The position numbers and the translations under genes are program-made. The notes beneath the pieces were generated by a model. It made no database searches. It saw only the letters and a list, made by a program, of their open reading frames with translations, and was not told where the DNA came from. Source: Podarcis muralis (lineage: Eukaryota). From it: a stretch of 64,000 bases of DNA. Of the stretch, positions 51,272 to 63,819 are shown in pieces (the stretch's first letter is position 1; every line of letters starts with the position of its first letter). The DNA is taken from NCBI RefSeq assembly GCF_964188315.1, contig NC_135656.1, positions 31,496,001 through 31,560,000 on the forward strand. The letters are read 5' to 3'.

Positions 51272-51560
51272 GATGGCGGCTCCCTCCGGCTCCCGGGGCC
51301 TACACTTCCGGCCGCGCTACACCGGGGACCGGATGCGGATAAGGCGGGGAGGACGCGAAAGCCGAGCGAGAGGAGGAGGAGGAGGAGGAGGGTGGGGGCG
51401 GGGAGAGAGAAAGAGCGCGCACGTGCAGTCTCGGCTGGGCGAAAGAAAGAAGTAGCAGCAGGCGCCGTTGTCGCGCGAGGCTTTATGGGAGCTGGGCCCG
51501 CAAGGAAACATGGGTAGTCCCGTCGAAAGGCGGGACTTCCGGTACGAAGGGAGGTGAGCT
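51272..51560. promoter_or_regulatory. Bidirectional CpG-island promoter ALYREF/ANAPC11, including probable ANAPC11 non-coding exon 1 (donor after 51553)
   Basis: ETS sites ACTTCCGG at ~51304 and ~51535, E-box CACGTG at 51420-51425, ZNF143-like site at 51478-51491. Donor GAG|GTGAGC at 51553/51554. Confidence 0.75.
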
Positions 51561-52008
51561 TGGGCGCGGCGGTTGGAGGTGCGACGGAGGGTGGACGGTT
51601 GAGTTGAGTTGGGTTTTTATCCTTGCTACCCCAGAGTCTGGCTGTTCTCCTCCTCGTACCGCTTTGCGGAGGGTTGGACTAGATGACCTTTGGGGTTCCC
51701 CACCTATCAATGCTCCCTTGCTGCCCATTAATTGGTTCCCAAGCCTTCTAAATACTCCTCTTCTGTGAGCTCGACCCCTTGGTCTGCACCCCCAATTGAA
51801 ACGGAACTTGTGTATTTGCATTTGCTCGCATTCATACTTTGCTTCTATCTCTACTTTCTGGTCTTTCTGTCGTTTCCCTGACTGCTGAAAGTTAAGACGG
51901 TATTCTCTTTGGAGCGGGTACTTTTATATCTTGTTCCTCTCTCTTGCTTATGTTACTTCTTTAGAACCTCATAAAGTGGTGACAGTGGTGCAATAACTTT
52001 ATTTAGAC

Positions 52009-52552
52009 TGTTAGAAGAATTCTGAGAATAAATCTTCATAAATGCGCAAGGTAAACACACATATAAGTATATAAACCACATGTCTGAAATAGTACAGGAG
52101 AGCAATTCCTGAGGCTATCTTGACTCTTAATAACCCCAAATATTTCCTCTGCAGAAGGAAATAGATTGGAGAAGCGTTTCCCAGGAGTTCTTTTTGCTTA
52201 CAAACCCTGCCTTAAGGGCACATTTGTGTATGAATAGGGTGGGCCTGTGAACTGGAAGCAAAAACCAAAGTACTAACCATTTCAAAAGAATAGCAAGATT
52301 GCCCAGGCAATGCTATCAGTAAAACATCAGATATCCTGGCAATCAGTAAAACGTCAGATATCCTGGAGAAAAGCCACACCCTCAAATTTCTGTGGTTGAC
52401 AACCTCTTTCTGTGGTGTGTGTATGATGCTTTTAGGGTAGTCTTTGGCTAAGAGATCGGGCAATGTCTATTTAAAGGGGCTTGCACGCCTTTGTTCTGGG
52501 CCTCACCTCCTTGAAAGGAGAGGGGAACTGGTGCAACAGAAAAATCAAGATC
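52009..52552 (+). mobile_element. Diverged ERV-like solo LTR in ANAPC11 intron 1 (3' end truncated or uncertain)
   Basis: Colinear similarity to 59503-60191 (CTTAAGGGCACATTT...TATGAATAGGGTG; GTCTATTTAAAGGG...GTTCTGGG...TGCAACAG). Tandem 26-bp U3 repeat at ~52313-52363. Confidence 0.7.
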
Positions 52553-53515
52553 TGCCAACCCCCAAATTTTTCTACTACAGAACTAAAGACAATGCCACAA
52601 AACTATTTGCTACAGATTGGATGTTAGGAGAAAGGGAGAGGGGACCAAAAATATATTCAGGGGCATATTTTACTGGCCTGTTAGTTGTAGTACGTAAGGT
52701 AAAGTGAGGTAAGTAAAGGAAAATGTAGTCCTTTTAACAGTGCTGGAGATGTTATGTTTTTCTCTTTGCCTTTCAAAGAACTCAGGTGCTCCATTTATTT
52801 ATTTCTATTGTTTAATATCCTTAACTAATTAAGTTAAAATAACTTCTTTTCCTCTCCCCATTTTGTTTGTTAGCTTAATATCTAGCCTCAGAAAGAGTAA
52901 TGGTGAACTCAAAAGCTCCCTTTCCCTATTTGATGTTTTAGAATGTACTGGTAAAGATACTACTGGACAAACACGTTTACCTGCAAATTTTGTCTGCTAT
53001 AAAGCAATGACAAAATATCAGATCTAAACGTCTGCAGTCACCTGAACTGCTGCCCCCAAATCTTATGCCTAATAGACCTGTCTTAGTTTGGGACTTCACT
53101 AAAGGGAAATGGCAAGTAACATTTATGTAGCCATCTGCATTGTTGTGCTCATATCTGTAATAGCTCAGCCTTTCCTATAGTGGAGTTTTAAGATAACAGT
53201 ACAGCATAGAACTGATAAGGTGGGACACCTAAGAATTGTCCTAGCACTCTTGTAAACTGAGAAAGTGGCCAAATGTTCTTATCTTGCTGTTCCCTATCTG
53301 TAAATTTGACATACTATCGAGTCTTCTTCATAGTGTGTGGTAGTCAAGGTACTTGAGAGAAATTGTGCAAAACCTCTTAACATCTTTAGAGAAATGTGAA
53401 GAATGTACAGTTCTGAAGATCACAGTCTTTTAAACTTGGAAGATCTGCAGAAACAGAAAATGTCTTACTTCTTCCCTCAGGTGTTATCTTAAGTTTTGTA
53501 TATAGTCTGGACACA

Positions 53516-53624
53516 ATGAAAGTGAAAATCAAGAGCTGGCATGGCGTTGCCTCTTGGCTCTGGGTTGCCAATGATGAGAACTGTGGCATTTGCCGGATGG
53601 CCTTTAATGGCTGCTGCCCAGACT
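53516..53624 (+). CDS. ANAPC11: APC/C subunit 11, first coding exon (exon starts at 53481)
   Basis: Encodes MKVKIKSWHGVASWLWVANDENCGICRMAFNGCCPD. Donor T|GTGAGT, 109 nt. Confidence 0.98.
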
Positions 53625-53709
53625 GTGAGTATCAGTTTGCTGGGATTTTCCTTAACCTTTGCGCACCGTCTTCTCCCAACTTTGCTCTAATGGAACCTAT
53701 GTTTTGCAG

Positions 53710-53855
53710 GTAAAGTGCCTGGAGATGACTGTCCCCTAGTGTGGGGCCAGTGTTCCCACTGCTTCCACATGCATTGCATTCTCAAATGGCTTAACTCCCA
53801 GCAAGTCCAGCAACACTGTCCAATGTGTCGACAGGAATGGAAGTTCAAAGAGTGA
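53710..53855 (+). CDS. ANAPC11: ANAPC11 last coding exon (RING-H2)
   Basis: After an 85-nt intron, encodes CKVPGDDCPLVWGQCSHCFHMHCILKWLNSQQVQQHCPMCRQEWKFKE*. Total 84 aa. Confidence 0.98.
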
Positions 53856-56800
53856 CACTGGCAAGATTTCTTCCTCTCCCCAACACCTCTTTGGCTTTTG
53901 TGGACTGATTTATTCCCCACTCCCTTCCCTAAGCTTGGCAAGCTTGCTACTTTATAATGCCACACTTACCTTCATCCTTCCCAGAGCTGCTGAAGAGAGA
54001 GGTGGATGTGGTGGAACATATCCTATGTTTTTGCCTCTGTTTGTGCTGTGACCACAAAGTCTCTACAATGTATGAAGTATAAGGCTATGCTGGTTGGAAG
54101 GTTAGAATACCCGACAGGCAAATGTCATGAGAGATTTGTGCTATTTTACAACATCTGAACCACCTCGTTGATGTTTATGTCTGCGTCTTGGTGAATTGCC
54201 TTGGTAATGCACATGAGGTGCTTGCAAATGAGGCCTGATTTCAAGGAGCTGCTTTGTACAACTGCACAAAAGGTTAAGAAAGCTGTTCTAAATCTTCTTG
54301 TTAAACTTATACCCCAACTGTTGTAGTCTCTTTAAAATTATTTGTAATTTATTTGTAATTATTGTTTAACAATAAGAAGAACAAACATCACCAACTATTG
54401 CATTCTGAGGCATGAAGCAGTTAACCTCTTTTCTGCTTCTTACAAGAAGCGCTTATATATGAACAAGGATTCTTGGTTTCCTGTTGCTATGTAGCCCCAC
54501 TGATAGCCGTATCATTTGGTCCAGGATCTAAGCTTTTGAGTGTAAATAGTGTTAGAGATTGGGGGTTGCTCTAGGCTTGTGTCCTCGTCTTACTACACAT
54601 TTGGCCTGCAGTACAATAATATGTTTGTTCCCAAAAGGCTGTAATACCAGATCTTTCTGATTGCCAAGTGCTTGCCCACAGTGAGTTACCATTTGTACAT
54701 GGGATGGTTCCAGTAAATTTTGTGAGTCATTCCTTTAATGTTCCTGCCTCTTTCTTTCATCCACATGGGGGTTCTTCAAGAGTGCAGTTTTCTTATCTGT
54801 GGCCAATGCAGTGAGGTGATAGGATGTGACCTGTGGGGAAGGGGGATGTCCTCATTCTTCTGAAAAGCTTAACTAAAATTACTTTTAATGGGAAAAATAC
54901 TCTTGCACTAGCTTAGCTGTGTAGCCACACAGCCTACAGACCAGCTGTTTGTGATGCTTCATCCTGGCTGTTGGGTTCCCAGTCCTTTCTGCTGTGTATG
55001 CTACCCCCGCCTGCAATGTGTAATTGGCGCCCCTTTATGGTACCCAAATGAGAAGGTGGTGTTAGTAAACGGTTCCAATCTGTGACCTTTTGAACACAGA
55101 GCATGGTATTGCTAACAAAATGGTAAGCTTATTCTCCTAAAGGGAAAATTTCCAGAGGCAAAAAGGCTACCTCTCAGCGCCCCCAAAGCCCTCCCCAGCT
55201 TTGAGAGATGTGTCCTTTCAAAGCAACCCCGCTCCAAAGCAGTGATAGACTCTTAACAACTAAAAAAGGCCACAGAATTTCACTTCAGTTAACATATGTT
55301 CTACCTCAGTGTTTCTAAAACACAATGAGGCCCCACTTTTACACCCAAAAAAGTTTATTCTAGGGTGCGACAGGGTGAGAAGTGCCTGCCTGAAGTATAG
55401 CCTGCCCTTTGTTTTTTCTCATGAGTCACTGTTTTGTATCTGTTTTGCAGATACGCTTGCAATTGATGCGGGGGTTATGTTCTGGGGATCGCTACTAAAG
55501 GCAAAATCATATACTCACAATGTGTTGGGTTCAGTGGCAGGTGGAACTGCCAGATACTTTTCTTGAGAGATATTTCCCCCTTTTTATTTTTATTATTGCT
55601 AAGTACATAGAGCTGAATGGAAAGAAGAAGTTGTGGGCTTACTCTGTTAGATGAGGGCTAGCGCACAGCTGCAACTCATGCAGAGGGCAACAGAATCCTC
55701 TGAGAATTCTCCCATATGTGAGGGAATGATCCAGCTACATCCAAATGCAGAGATGTTGCAGAATTTCCTATTGCCAGCAGTGGCTGGAAGGAGGCAATGC
55801 AAGAGCAGAGATGCCACTGTCACCCTCCTGTTTATTATTTAGACTCGGGAATATTTTTATTTATTTCTCATTGTATCAAATTTTGTGATTACCGTTCAAC
55901 CTGTTTATATAGTTACTACAAAAGCAAAAGTTACAGGATTATTGTGTCTAAAATTCTTCACCTTGTTCTCGGTCCCCCAAGAGTTCTGCAATGGTGCTGG
56001 TTGACTCCTTAGCTCCAGCTACTGAGCCAGTGGTCAGGGATGATCAGAGTTGTAGTCCAGTGATACCTGGAGGACTACATTCTGTTTACCTGTTCTAAAG
56101 TATTTCACACTTAATGCTTTGTTGCAGGAAAGCCTTGGTAACTTGAAATTTGCTCTCTGTCCAATATATCAACTGAGGTGTCAAGTACGGTTCATGCTGT
56201 CATTTCAATCTGCAGAAAGTGTTGGAGTTGTTACAAAGTATGTGTCTGAACCCAAATGCATGTCCAGCACTCACATGTATACACAAGAGGTTTAGGGTCT
56301 TTTGCTAGAATTATGACATGTGTCTGTTATGAATATGTGTTTTCTCCTAACCCCTTGCCCACAAAAAAGTTCTTACACAAAAGACTTTACGAAAACTCGG
56401 TTTATTGTTATATGAAATGAAAGTGACAGAAAATATATAGATGTTGCTTCAGACAGCAAAATTACAAATTAAGCAGGCAGCAAATTCTACAATACATACA
56501 CACCTTGATCTAAAGAGTGAAAGAATCCCCAGCGTTTCTCAAAATCCTTCAGAAAGTGAGCGTGACAGTTTTCCCACAGAACCCAGACTTATAGTCAAGA
56601 AATGGAGGAGGAAGGATATGCCTGTCCTTAAGGGAAAGTGAGTGTGGGTTCCTTGATAGTACTAAGTTCCTTGTCTGAGCTTGGAGAGCTAACTAACCAT
56701 TGAAGACCCAAGATTCTTGCACTAATTTTAGGCTATGCATTCTAATGGAGAAGGGGAAGGCTTTGAGATGAGCAATTCCTATACTTCCAATCATTCTATT

Positions 56801-59502
56801 TCTTCCCAGATTTTCCTGCCTCTTTCTCATTTTGTTTATACTGCTTAATGTAACACTGGAAGACTATAATCCTAGTGAGCAATGACTAAACTAGTTACCC
56901 TTGTTTGCTTCCTGTCTTACAGTTAATGTTATCATTTTATCTGTGCCACACCCATTCTTTAGCAGGTATTGATTAGATTTTACTGGGGTGGCGCTGTGGG
57001 TTAAACAGCAGTCCAATTAGAATTTAGATAGCACCATGGTTCTCACCTTTTCAAACCAATCTGTAAAAAAAAATTCTAAAAAGGGCACTTGTCCAAATTA
57101 GTCAATTTAACTCTATAAGGGATCATTCCTGCTAAATCAAGGCATATATACCTTTGTGTATCTGGTGTTTTCATGGATCCTGAAGCTTCTCCTTGGTAAA
57201 AGGAGTTTTAACACATTATAAAATGGGTAGGGAAGGTTGGTAGAGTGCAGAGTGCCAGGTGGGACAAGGAAATGTGGTCATAAATTGATCTAATTTAAAT
57301 ATTGGACTACACAATAGCCTGATCTATTAGAAAACATAAAATGCATGAGAATCCTCCATTGGGGTGTAAGCAATAAGACACTATACATTAAACATAAAAA
57401 CAATTACACACAAAACTTGGGTCACCCCTCCCCTTTGTGGAAATAACATATACTGTCAGACATAGTTCGATGTTTCTGCATAATATCACACAACATAAAA
57501 CAATAACTATATATCAATTGCATATCTTGAGGCCAATTCTTGCTGCTTTTACATATCTTTTCAAACCTAGGGCAGAGTCTTGAGGTCAAAAGAGAGAATG
57601 TCCTTGCAATTCAACTTTCCCCCCTTTGTCAGCCCCCCAACCCCTGTCAGTCTATGTCCTTTGGAAAGAGATTGCTGTGGCCACTTTGAAAACTCTGGTG
57701 TCTGTTGTTGTTGCAGGTAATAAATAGTCTGGTGGTCAGGAGGAATTGGGCTGACGGTTTTCCATCATTGGGTCTGCATTAACATCTGTAGAAGGGATAT
57801 CCTGTAAGGGACAGGGTTTTGGGGACTTAAAAACACAGTTAGAGAATATCCTTGCATTTTCTTGGGAAGCTGCAAACAATAAAAAAATCTTAGAGTTAAG
57901 CATTTTATTCATTTCAATATTATTATCAGCTTTTCATATAATTACTACTGTTATTTTCTCCTCAGTCTGTTTAATTTATTTCACTTAGTTTGGCTGTGGA
58001 AGAAACGAAGGGACAAAACCTTTGTTAATTTGGACACAATTGACAAGTTATTAAATATTTTCCTTATGTGGGTTTGAGTTTTCTTAGAGGTTCGCGTATC
58101 CTGTTTGAAAGGGGAAATTATTTCATGTGAAAATCTCTGTCAGAAAATGCTGTTCCTAAAATGCATAGGTATATACACACAAAACAAAACCTATTATAAA
58201 ATTCATTAAAACCCTTTTTTTCTTTTTATAAGTAAAAACTACTCAAGAGACAAACTTATAGTAGGACTACTCTGATATTTATACTTGTAGAAAAAATTTG
58301 GCATGTTAGATTTGGAACTTGGCAACCTCTTGACTTTTGATGGTCCAGTACTTAACCCCTTTTGTTTTTCCTTAAGTAGCCCCTGGAGCAAAGGACACAT
58401 AAGGGTCCCTCAATGGTTCCAAGTTTACATAAAGAAGTTTACATAAATTTACATAAATAAATTTGAATAAATTTCTCCTTGCAGTCAGCTGTCTCTCCAA
58501 ACCTCCTTTTTTTCTTTTCCCTCTCTCTCCCCCCCCCTCTCTTTTAAGCTGACATAGCCTCTGTGCATGTGCAGAGTTCATGTTTCAGCAAATCTTTTAT
58601 ACCATTAAAAGTGTTGCATCTTTTGGCTAATTACCATTTGAATAAAGGAAGGGGAGGGTAAGGAATACATTTTTAAATAGGGTTAGATTTAAAACAAAAA
58701 TAGAAACCCAGCAATTCAAGTTTTCACCAAAGCCAGCAATAGAAGTTGGTCAAATTAAATTTGTTAACTCAGTTCTAAGGAATCATGTTTCCTGCAGCCC
58801 AGGCAAAGGGAATTGGAAATATCTGCCTCCTTTATGTACAGGAAATTAGGGTGCAGGTCTCTATAAAAAATGTGGGCTATCATTTTGTGTGACCCCCCTC
58901 TGGTCATTCATGGGACAATCACTCGTTCCCTTATGTATGGGTAAAAATGGCCAGAGTGTCAGAATTCATAAGATCTTTAACATTATCAGTCATTTCAGCC
59001 TTACCATTTGCAGACAATTTTTTCTGTCCTTTATTTACAGGGGTGGTCAAGGCTCATTCTACTTGATTATGAATTTGTATGTGCTTAAACTCTGAATAGA
59101 CTTTGAAGTCTGATTTTAAATAATAGGCAAAATGGTAAAAAGTGTTAGAGAATGACTCAAATGTTTGTTATCACCAGCTCTGCTTCAAAACATCATGGGT
59201 TTCACCTCTCACCCTTTAAAACTCTCTACTGTATTCTAAACTCTGAAAACCAATATTTCCATCTTTCTGTACCAAAAAGCAAAGCTGGGCTGAATTTCAA
59301 CCCATCATCATACACCAGAACTTAAGAATTACCCTCCAGTGCTTGCAGACACATTGCACATAGCCATAAATTGGGAGTTGGAAGGGACCCTGGGGTCACC
59401 TAGTCCAACCGTTTAAAATACAGGGTTCATAGCAAGATTTGCACTACAGCAACCTTCCTGCCTCTTACAATCTGAATTCAGAGTTCCTACTGAACGCTTG
59501 AA

Positions 59503-60191
59503 GTCAATTTGTTCAGAACCTTTTTTCTGTGGGGTTTCAGACATGTGGTTTATATATTTATGTACGTGTTTGCTTGGTACATTTATGAACATTTATTACA
59601 TATCTAAAACCTTAAAATACTTCTCTGCAAGGTCAAAGTGGGAAACATCCCCATTGTCTCTTTCCTCACAAATCCTGTCTTAAGGGCACATTTAAGATAT
59701 GAATAGGGTGTGAGCCTGTGACCTGGCTCAGGAACTAAGTATTTATCATTACAAAAGACTGGCCAGTCTCCCCAGGGTATCCAATCAAGTAAGCATTAAC
59801 AGGTAACCTGCCAGACAGGAGATAAACAGCACACTCAGATTTATTTTGATTGAGGTATGATGTGTCTGGGGGGTGGTCTTGAGCTACGCCCCTTCTGTGA
59901 TGTATGTATGATGTTTATGGGGGTGGTCTTGAACTCCAGGGTGGGCAATTTAAAATGTCTATATAAGGGCGGACACACCTGGGTTCTGGGTCCTCCTCCT
60001 CCTCCTGCGTGTGAAGGGGGCACCCTGTTGCAACAGCTTTAATAAAGATCAGGCTTACTAGCTGCTTTGCTTCTCAATATTCTCTGGTTGGCCTCTGTTA
60101 TTTTCTCTGACCGATGAAGAACCTGCAAAGGACTCTACGAGGGCTCTTGTGTACCCCATAATAGAATAAGGGCAGATTTCCGTTTATTACA
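59503..60191 (+). mobile_element. ERV-like solo LTR with inverted 5' segment
   Basis: TATA (CTATATAAG) ~59960, AATAAA ~60041, 3' terminus TTTATTACA at 60183-60191. The matching 5' terminus TGTAATAAA occurs only inverted, at 59592-59600. Confidence 0.8.
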
Positions 60192-61162
60192 GTAAACAGT
60201 TCCACCAATGGGGCACTGCCACAGAGTGGGCTCTGCCTTGCTGCTGCCCCATGGGCCATATCTATTTGTGGTATCTGTTAGGATATAGTTCCGTTCCACC
60301 TTAAAAGGGAACAGGCATGACTGATGTGTGTCACATGCCTGTTTACTTCCCGCGCTTGCTGGGAACTTCCGTTTGTATATAGCTTTTGTATTGCTGCTGT
60401 TTTGCTGGACACGAAGGGAAGCAGACATGTTCCGCCTCTTCTGCTGTGAGAAGATTTACACACACTGCTGACAGAGCGTCCACGGGTCTCTAAAGGTATC
60501 TGAGGCTCATGTCGCTGATGGATGCTGTTCCAAGGGAGCTCAGAAATCGTCCGGCTGCCGGCTGGTGGCTGGAGCCAGCTGGGGGCCTGCCTGATGCCCC
60601 CGTCTCCCCGGCAATATCCCAACAGTATCACCAACAGGGCCTCCCTGCTTATCTTAAAGCACAGGTTGGTCAGTATTGAGAGAGATGATCTCAAGCCTAT
60701 AGGACTTTGTACTTGTTGAATTGGGTCTGAAACTCACAGGCAGGCCATGCAATGCTTTCAAGACTATGGTCCTATGACATTTAATATCTGGCAGCTGCAT
60801 TGATCCTCTGTTTGACCATGGTTTTGCCAGGCGATTGCTCTGTGGACTGGCAAAAGGAAATAAGTCTTTTCCATTCATTCTCCAATCATGTATTTTCTGT
60901 ATAACTAGCACCGCAAGAGCACTAAAAGGTTGAAAACTTGTATTTGTTTCCCAAACAAAAACAAACTAATGAGAATTAGTTCCGTAGTTCTTTTGCAAAC
61001 ATTTTTTTACTTGCAGCCACTAAGGATGTGGTTTGAAGTGGAAGGATCCTGGTACTTTTTCCTCAACATGGATAAAAGTTACCCAACAAGTGTTGATGTT
61101 TAGTTGGAAAAGGACAGGACAGAGAAAGCTTATACTAGTCTTCCCTTAAACTGCAACCTTAG

Positions 61163-61495
61163 GTAAAGGGTAAAGGGACCCCTGACCATTAGGTCCAGTC
61201 GTGGCCGACTCTGGGGTTGCAGCGCTCATCTCGCATTATTGGCCGAGGGAGCCGGCGTACAGCTTCCGGGTCATGTGGCCAGCATGACTAAACCGCTTCT
61301 GGCGAAGCAGAGCAGCACACGGAAACACCATTTACCTTCCCGCCGGAGCGGCAGCTATTTATCTACTTGCACTTTGACGTGCTTTCGAACTGCTAGGTTG
61401 GCAGGAGCAGGGACCCCGTCGCGGGGATTCGAACCGCCAACCTTCTGATCGGCAAGTCCTAGGCTCTGTGGTTTAACCCACAGCGCCGCCCGCTC
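61163..61495 (-). mobile_element. Sauria SINE, GGTCCC-tail subfamily
   Basis: 15-bp TSD AAACTGCAACCTTAG at 61148-61162 and 61496-61510. Internal deletion at an ACCC microhomology. Confidence 0.94.
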
Positions 61496-62579
61496 AAACT
61501 GCAACCTTAGCAACTGCATAATTTCTAGGAAAATATAACAGTGAAGCCTAAACAATGATCCCAGTCAAGTATGCTTTAAGATTGCAACTCAAGGATCCAA
61601 TATGAAATCAGTGGTACATCTATCTATCTAAGTCGTTTTGAACTGTAGCATCACAGATTCGACCTGGTACTGTATCCCTGGGCAAGGGTATTTGTCATAT
61701 AAACTAATCGTGGTCAGAAGCTGCCTCTCTTCAAATGAGCTGGTACCATAGCTGCCTGCCTGTGCAAATGAAAAAACGCCACAAGAGGGCATTAGAAAGC
61801 ATGACACCTTTTATTCATCACACAGTATAAAAACTCTGTACTTTTAGTCCTCTATAAAGAGAATTTTGTTTGATAGCACCTTCAGAAAACTTTAAATAAG
61901 CTTTTAATTCCAAATTTGACAAGCGACCAGGATTCTCCCGCACAGCGGTGGAGCCGCACGTAAATAAAAGCCTACTTCGTGATTCTACTCAAGTTAAAGC
62001 ATATTTCAGCAGCATCTGCTTCAGCAAAGGGACAGCTCCCTCGACCAGAAAACAGGCGACTGGAGCAGAGAAAAGGAAGTGTACGTGTGAGCGAGGGAAG
62101 GAAATGGGAGAGCACAGCTCTTTCCAGAAAAGAGAGAAATTCCAGGGAACATTCAGCTCTTTTTCCTGATTAATTAACCTGGAATAGATACTAAAAATAA
62201 AAGCAAATGATAGCATCCCGCAGATGGATGGGAAGGGACTGCCATTGCTTTTACGCCTCTGCTTATGGGTCCTCTTAAGTGAACGATTCCCAAGGCAGGT
62301 GTAAGACTTTAGGGTCAGCTTTAGACACAGAGAAAAAACCCTCCTTAAAAAAAAAGAAACCACGACTTTTAAATGCTTTTAAATGCCCTATTATAGTAAA
62401 TTATCCACAAAACTTTATGGACAGCAGAGATATCTCACTCCTCCCCCTCCCTTATTTCTAGGGGGGAGATCTTCCGCAACTACCACCTGCCTGGCAATTC
62501 CGCCTTCTGTGGACTCCTATCCCCCCAACGCTTTCAAGGGAGTTAGAAGTTTCTTGGGCGCGGGGGAGAAAGGAAGCCA

Positions 62580-63224
62580 GCCCCTGCGCTGCCTTCCTCG
62601 CTAGCTAGCCAGCAACCAGCTCCGAGCTTTCGCCAGGCTGCATCCGAAGCGGCGTCCGCGACGGGAGGCTGCGCGTTGGCAACCCCATGCCCGTCCGCCC
62701 GCCCCTCCGGTTCTCAGCCCTGAGCTGGCGACGTGAAGCTCAAGGGACACGTCTAAAGACCAAGGGAAGGGCCGTCGAGCCTCCAGGGCAGAGCAACTAC
62801 TTTGCTCGCAGGGGGCGCCACAGACAGTCCTCAGCAGCATCATTAAAGGCGAGCTTGTGAACCTAAGGTTAACTACGAGGTTGGTGATTCGAGCCCACCC
62901 ATCGACGGCTGTGGGCTTTGCAGGGGGTTGGACTAAATGACCCTCGAGACCCCTCCCAACTCGACCATTCTGACTGCGCCAGAACCACAGAAAGGCATCC
63001 TTCCGAATGAGGCTCAGGATCAGGCCGCCTCCTTCTCTCGACGCAGCCTCGACGCCCCCACACCGCTCCTCTCCCCCCGCCCGTCAGGTCTCCCGCAGCT
63101 CCGGGGCGCCGGGGGGCTCCAGGAGGAGGCTGGGCCGCCCCGCCTCCGCTCTCGCCTCCCCGATATAAGGAGCCGCCGACGGCGCCGCCTGCCCAAAGAA
63201 GCCGCCGTCGTGGCCCAGCGCACC
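62580..63224 (+). promoter_or_regulatory. NPB CpG-island promoter with TATA box
   Basis: TATAA at 63164-63168, about 60 nt before the ATG. GC boxes, CpG-rich. Confidence 0.7.
62867..62973 (+). mobile_element. SINE remnant with tRNA-Asn-like 3' half and CR1 tail
   Basis: GTTAACTACGAGGTTGGTGATTCGAGCCCACCCATCGACG resembles the tRNA-Asn(GTT) 3' half. It is followed by the CR1 end GGGGTTGGACTAAATGACCCTC...CATTCTGA. Confidence 0.6.
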
Positions 63225-63500
63225 ATGCCGGGAGCCGGGACTTTGGCGCTGCTCTGCCTCGCCCTGGCCGCGCTGCTCAGCCCGCCCGCCGACGCCTGGT
63301 ACAAGCAGACGGCCGGACCCAGCTACTACTCGGTGGGCAGGGCGTCGGGGCTGCTGTCCGGCATCCGCCGCTCGCCCTACATGCGCCGCTCCGACGACAC
63401 CGACAGCAGCAGCACCAGCGCCGAGAGCGGCCCCAGCGCCGCCGCCGCCTCCTTCTTGATGTCCGAGGCGCGCCCAAACCCTAGCGGGCTGCGCAACATG
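63225..63500 (+). CDS. NPB: Prepro-neuropeptide B, coding exon 1 (exon 2 beyond window)
   Basis: CACCATG, 24-aa signal peptide, mature [31 protein letters not shown]. Donor ATG|GTGAGC. Synteny after ANAPC11. Confidence 0.96.
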
Positions 63501-63819
63501 GTGAGCTGCTAGGGGGCGCCCGGACGGTAGTGGGCAGCGCAAGTCGCGCCCCCTGGAAGAGAGGGGGGGTCCCGGGTGGAGAAGGCAGCTGGGGGGGGAG
63601 TTTCTTTTATATGCATTGTGATTTATTTCAATGCATTGCATTGTATATTTATTATTATTGAGTTAGAGCGTACATTAGCCGCTCCCGAAAAGTGTATTCA
63701 TCAGATAATTATAGTAATAGTATCAATCAGCACTTTCTAACTTTTTAAATTAAAAAAATATATATGGTATTATACCTATATTTTTTTACCTGTAAAAATC
63801 TGAGTGAAAATATCTATTT

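Noticed and set aside
52009-60191. Two same-orientation LTRs ~7 kb apart, resembling a provirus that captured ANAPC11
   Set aside because: The LTRs are far too divergent to be a pair, no gag/pol is seen between them, and ANAPC11 keeps its intron and syntenic position.
62937-63512. 191-aa ORF as the NPB protein
   Set aside because: The Kozak ATG, signal peptide and TATA all point to 63225, and the ORF end reads through a splice donor.
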